Position numbers and translations under genes: made by a program
Notes under the pieces: generated by a model
What the model was told of the DNA's origin: nothing
Database searches by the model: none
The model's input: only the letters and a program-made list of their open reading frames with translations
Source of the DNA: Parabacteroides sp. PM6-13
Lineage (GTDB): Bacteria > Bacteroidota > Bacteroidia > Bacteroidales > Tannerellaceae
Assembly: GCF_029892605.1 (NCBI RefSeq)
Contig: NZ_JARXWF010000008.1
Span: 1-64,000 of the forward strand
Direction of reading: 5' to 3'
Length of the DNA: 64,000 nt
Shown: piece after piece, positions 60,246 to 64,000 of the stretch
How the letters are laid out: the number at the start of each line of letters is the position of its first letter
Position numbering within the stretch: the first letter of the stretch is position 1

Positions 60246-61865
60246 GATCTCTTTCAATATCTTCTCCACCTCTTCGGCTGTCGGGTGAATAGCCAATAAA
60301 GTGCCCTTTTGATCGACCAGGAAGGTAGCTCCGCCTCCATTGCCTGCGCCATACAGGCTCCAGATACTGGCTCTGTCGTCCAGTTCCACCAGGTTTAACC
60401 AAGGGTATTTATCCTGCGCGATCGCCTTTTCCATCGCCTTGGTATCTCCACGCTCGCGGGCAACCCCTACGATGGTGAAGCCTTTGTCTTTGTATGCCTC
60501 ATACACCGGAATCATGCTTTTAGAGGTGCGTCGGCAGGGACCACACCAGGAGGCCCACAAGTCAATAAGCGCCACTTTTCCTTCGATCTCCCGGGAGAGT
60601 ATCACCGGATTGCCTTTCAGGTCGGGCGCGGTGAAATCGATGAATTTTCCACCGACAGCGATTTTAGAACCGATCAGTATGCGATCGAGGTCGTATGTCA
60701 ACGGATGATCCGGATACATATCCCTGTAAACAGCATTAAACACCTCTTCATACGGATCCAACGGCTGCGGTTCCAGTGGGTGGTTTGCTCTAAGAATAAG
60801 ATTACTCAGATAATAATAGCCCACCCAGCCCGGGTTTTCTTTGATATAATCGAGCGTATATTCTTTTTGCTTTTTGGCGAGTTGTTTTCCCTGTTCCATA
60901 TTTTCCTTTGCCTCTTCAGTAAAGGCCTCTCCCGTTTTCTGAAGATCTTCCAGTTGGCGGTATAAAATATTTAGTTCATCGTCGGAAGCGGTTCTTAATT
61001 TCTCGATCAACTGATTGAAAGCGGGTGTGTAATAGCGGCCCTCTTCACGTATTTTATTGGCCTCTGCCCATAATTCTTTGGTTGAAAACTTTTCACTCAA
61101 CAACTGATCCATGCGCATCCGCTCATTATTCAGCGGCTCATCTGTCTGAAGAACGAAAAAAGGCTCATGATCCATCGGATAAATGGTGTAGTGGAGCGTG
61201 CCATGTTCCGCGATCAAAGAGATATTACGCCAGGCACCCGACTGAAGCTCATCCCAGAAAGCGAGATCATATATATCGTTTTCATCCGCGTAAAGCGTAT
61301 AGCTGAATCGTCCCTCCCGTATCGGAATAGAGATAAATGGGTTGACACGAACATCTTTATTCTGGCGTATCAATATCAATCGGCTACTCTGCGGACGGTC
61401 GATCACCTCGCCCTCTATCCGGCAGACCACCTTGCCTTTCCGGACAGGTGCCGTCAAGGAGATTCCCCGGATTTGCCAGTCGCCTTCGTTGGTGCCTTCG
61501 ATGAAGTGAAACGCCTTTTCCTCCTTGTCTAATGGCTCAAACAACAGGGTCATCGCCCTATTGCCCGATTCCGGCATATAGACCTCTTGGTCGATGGCAA
61601 AATCAGGAGAGCTCAACAGGCGGTATTTCTTACCCGTCGTCGCTCCCTCCAGGTAGGTTTGCGAAGGAATACGTATCCAATTATTCGGGCGGAAATAGGC
61701 CTCGAAACAAAGCACCAGGGCAGAGTCTCTCTTTTCTACCCGAGAGATATCCAGGACATCCGTATTGCTTGATTCATATACCGGATACTCGATCACCTGC
61801 GGAGATTGCCCGCAGGAGAGAAGGAACAAGAAGCAGCATAACAAAAAAGGAAGTTTCGTTTTCAT
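60240..61865 (-). CDS. TlpA-like thiol-disulfide oxidoreductase lipoprotein (N-terminal DUF + C-terminal thioredoxin fold)
   Basis: Lipobox LLSCGQS. C-terminal WASWCGPCRR redox motif. Confidence 0.75.
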   Translation of the reverse strand: MKTKLPFLLCCFLFLLSCGQSPQVIEYPVYESSNTDVLDISRVEKRDSALVLCFEAYFRPNNWIRIPSQTYLEGATTGKKYRLLSSPDFAIDQEVYMPESGNRAMTLLFEPLDKEEKAFHFIEGTNEGDWQIRGISLTAPVRKGKVVCRIEGEVIDRPQSSRLILIRQNKDVRVNPFISIPIREGRFSYTLYADENDIYDLAFWDELQSGAWRNISLIAEHGTLHYTIYPMDHEPFFVLQTDEPLNNERMRMDQLLSEKFSTKELWAEANKIREEGRYYTPAFNQLIEKLRTASDDELNILYRQLEDLQKTGEAFTEEAKENMEQGKQLAKKQKEYTLDYIKENPGWVGYYYLSNLILRANHPLEPQPLDPYEEVFNAVYRDMYPDHPLTYDLDRILIGSKIAVGGKFIDFTAPDLKGNPVILSREIEGKVALIDLWASWCGPCRRTSKSMIPVYEAYKDKGFTIVGVARERGDTKAMEKAIAQDKYPWLNLVELDDRASIWSLYGAGNGGGATFLVDQKGTLLAIHPTAEEVEKILKEIL

Positions 61866-61950
61866 GGCGCGATTTATTTTTACGGATAAAGATACGAAGC
61901 GATTTGTTATGTTGTTACGATAGAATCGTTTTTTTGCAAAAAACAGCCGT

Positions 61951-62913
61951 TTAGGGACACGTAACGCGAGCTACCGGGCGATCGCCTTCGAGGAAACCGA
62001 TCACGTTGTTGCTCACGGCCCTGGCCATCTGAATGCGCGTTTCGGTGGTTTGCGTGCCGATATGGGGAGTCATCACGACGTTATCCAATTCAAAGAGCTC
62101 TTCGGAAGGGTAGTCGCCATGTTCGAATACATCCAATCCGGCGGCACAGATCGTTCCCTCTTTCAGGGCTTTGACAAGCGCTTTTTCATCCACCAGCGGG
62201 CCGCGGGCGGTATTGATCAGGATTGCCGAGCGTTTCATTTGCCGGAGTTCGGCTTCGCCGATGATATGGTAGGTTTCAGGTGTATAGGGAGCATTCAGGG
62301 AAACAAAATCAGCCTGTTTCAACAGCTCTTCTTTAGAGACATAGGTAACGGGCAGGGCTGCCTCTTCTTCCATTGATAGGCGGCTCCGGTTATGGTAGAT
62401 CACCGTCATGCCGCAGGCAATGGCACGAATGGCAAGCGCCTTTCCAATGCGCCCCATGCCGATGATGCCCAGTGTCTGTCCGGCAATCGGATAGGCCAGA
62501 TTTTCCAGGATTCCGATTTTCATGTCCTTACGAAGTAGGCGCAATTTGCGGTCACATTCTGTGATACGGCGGGCAGTGTCGATCAATAGGCCCAAAGCCA
62601 GGTTAGCGGTAGGCGCCGTCACCTGATCGGGCGTATTGGCAACCGTCAGCCCTTTCTCCAGGGCATACGCCACATCGATATTGTTGTAACCCACCGCGTA
62701 GTTGGCAATAAGCCGCAATCGCTTTCCTTTATCAATCAACGCTTTATCGACCGGGAAATCAAACATGGAACACAACACATCGTACTCGCCAATCATCTCC
62801 GACACCTCTTCATAGGTAAAATCTCTCCCCTCCGGAAAAGTCACTTCGTACCTGCTTTCCAACTCAACAAATCCCTCACGGAAGATGTCGTACGTAACCA
62901 AAACCTTCTTCAT
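61951..62913 (-). CDS. D-isomer-specific 2-hydroxyacid dehydrogenase (glycerate/glyoxylate reductase-like)
   Basis: NAD-binding GIIGMGRIGKALA. Catalytic R/E/H triad region (NTARGPLVDE...HIG). Start at internal Met MKKVLVT. Confidence 0.85.
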   Translation of the reverse strand: MKKVLVTYDIFREGFVELESRYEVTFPEGRDFTYEEVSEMIGEYDVLCSMFDFPVDKALIDKGKRLRLIANYAVGYNNIDVAYALEKGLTVANTPDQVTAPTANLALGLLIDTARRITECDRKLRLLRKDMKIGILENLAYPIAGQTLGIIGMGRIGKALAIRAIACGMTVIYHNRSRLSMEEEAALPVTYVSKEELLKQADFVSLNAPYTPETYHIIGEAELRQMKRSAILINTARGPLVDEKALVKALKEGTICAAGLDVFEHGDYPSEELFELDNVVMTPHIGTQTTETRIQMARAVSNNVIGFLEGDRPVARVTCP

Positions 62914-63064
62914 CTGACTAATAATTAAAACTCTAATGGGCGTCAAAATTACATAAACACCCCTTTAATGCCAAGAAGAATTCGTATTTTTGCCTGGTAA
63001 TACCAACTGTTGGCAGTTGATATTACCGGAATCCATTATCAATTATCAATTGTCAATTTAATAA

Positions 63065-64000
63065 ATGGTTCTAAATTACATTTGGATTGCCTTCTTCCTG
63101 ATCGCTTTTGTGGTGGCGGCATGCAAACTGATTTTCATGGGGGATATGCAGGTATTCACGGAGATCATCAATGCGACCTTTAGCTCTGCCAAAAACGGGT
63201 TCGAGATCTCCTTGGGGCTGACCGGTATATTGACCCTTTGGCTGGGTATCATGAAAATCGGTGAGCGAGGTGGCGTTATCCAGGCTTTTGCCCGGTTGGG
63301 AGCGCCTGTATTCAGCAAACTCTTCCCCGATGTCCCGAAAGATCATCCGGTGACCGGCTCTATTTTCATGAATATTTCAGCCAATCTGTTGGGGCTCGAC
63401 AATGCCGCTACACCGATGGGACTGAAGGCGATGCAGCAGTTGCAGGAACTGAACCCGAAAAAGGACACAGCCAGCAACGCAATGATTATGTTTCTCTGTA
63501 TCAACGCGTCAGGGCTTACTTTGATCCCAATCACCATTATGATGTACCGGGCACAGTTGGGGGCAGCCAATCCGTCGGATGTGTTCCTGCCGATCATGCT
63601 GGCGACCTTTACCTCTACCTTGGTAGCTATTCTGACGGTTTGCTTCAAACAGAAAATCAATGTGTTTCAAAAGAACCTGTTGCTCTTCTTCGGAGGGCTG
63701 GGCGCCTTGATCGGAGGATTGATTATATTGTTTAATTCGCTCCCGCAGGAGAAGGTCTCTTTATATTCTACCTTGTTCGCCAACGCACTGTTATTCACGA
63801 TTATATGTGGATTTATCGTAGCGGGGATGCGGAAGAAGATCAACGTATATGATGCCTTTATCGATGGAGCCAAAGAGGGATTCAAAACGGCGATAACGAT
63901 TATTCCTTATCTGGTGGCGATCCTGGTAGGCATAGCGGTATTCCGGGCGTCGGGAGCTATGGATTTCCTGATCGAAGGTGTGCGCTACGGTGTAGCTTCC
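63065..64000 (+). CDS. nucleoside-recognition (Gate) domain membrane protein, SpmA/SpmB-like; 3'-partial at window edge
   Basis: My own plus-strand translation from ATG 63065 gives an uninterrupted membrane protein (MVLNYIWIAFFLIAF...NISANLLGLDNAATPMGLKAM...) running off the window. Absent from the ORF track because no stop occurs. Confidence 0.55.
   Translation, partial: MVLNYIWIAFFLIAFVVAACKLIFMGDMQVFTEIINATFSSAKNGFEISLGLTGILTLWLGIMKIGERGGVIQAFARLGAPVFSKLFPDVPKDHPVTGSIFMNISANLLGLDNAATPMGLKAMQQLQELNPKKDTASNAMIMFLCINASGLTLIPITIMMYRAQLGAANPSDVFLPIMLATFTSTLVAILTVCFKQKINVFQKNLLLFFGGLGALIGGLIILFNSLPQEKVSLYSTLFANALLFTIICGFIVAGMRKKINVYDAFIDGAKEGFKTAITIIPYLVAILVGIAVFRASGAMDFLIEGVRYGVAS

Noticed and set aside
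63071-63885. three minus-strand ORFs (91, 105, 72 aa)
   Set aside because: The plus strand encodes an uninterrupted Gate-domain membrane protein running off the window. These are its shadows.
1-64000. CRISPR arrays, rRNA genes
   Set aside because: No regularly spaced short direct repeats and no rRNA-like conserved segments were seen. The only tandem repeats are the (gttgaaa)n microsatellite and the iteron-like ATGATAATG run.

Overview
The window looks like Bacteroidota (order Bacteroidales) chromosome. Evidence for the taxon: Bacteroides-type TAnnTTTG promoter boxes, lipoprotein and T9SS C-terminal sorting signals, GH2/GH51/SusD-neighbourhood-style glycan genes, and a Bacteroides-type tyrosine integrase. 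Conserved housekeeping genes are gdhA, an Lrp/AsnC regulator, metY, ruvC, relA/spoT, purL, an S41 peptidase, GH2 and GH51 hydrolases, a TlpA-like redoxin and a 2-hydroxyacid dehydrogenase. These flank a roughly 23-kb mosaic accessory island anchored at a tRNA-Ala(GGC) gene (about 9.3-32.1 kb). Part 1 of the island is a 14.3-kb integrative element at 9403..23685, bounded by a perfect 17-bp direct repeat of the tRNA 3' end (cgatatgctccacaaat). It carries a tyrosine integrase, excisionase-like and XRE regulators, a BT4734/PriCT primase-like protein, a VRR-NUC nuclease, many small ORFs, an AT-rich cargo ORF, and an orphan 1583-aa tape-measure-domain protein. I found no capsid, terminase, portal or other tail genes, so it resembles a phage satellite or PICI rather than a complete prophage. 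Part 2 is a defense or addiction-island-like segment. It holds an Abi_2 N-terminal fragment flanked by 51-bp direct repeats, a two-gene module (SPFH/COG4260 protein with five tandem zinc ribbons, plus a membrane zinc-ribbon protein), HicAB, an IS1182-family IS, a RelE/Gp49-HigA-like pair, an HU-like protein, and two solo IS-end-like hairpin repeats. Other notable structure: a family of long imperfect palindromes (about 200-320 bp) at 44.6 kb and 58.7-59.2 kb, the latter upstream of a putative fimbrial lipoprotein operon; a REP-like 'gaatgaagaat' hairpin family acting as bidirectional terminators; iteron-like repeats and an operator-like repeat architecture inside the integrative element. No CRISPR array and no rRNA were found.
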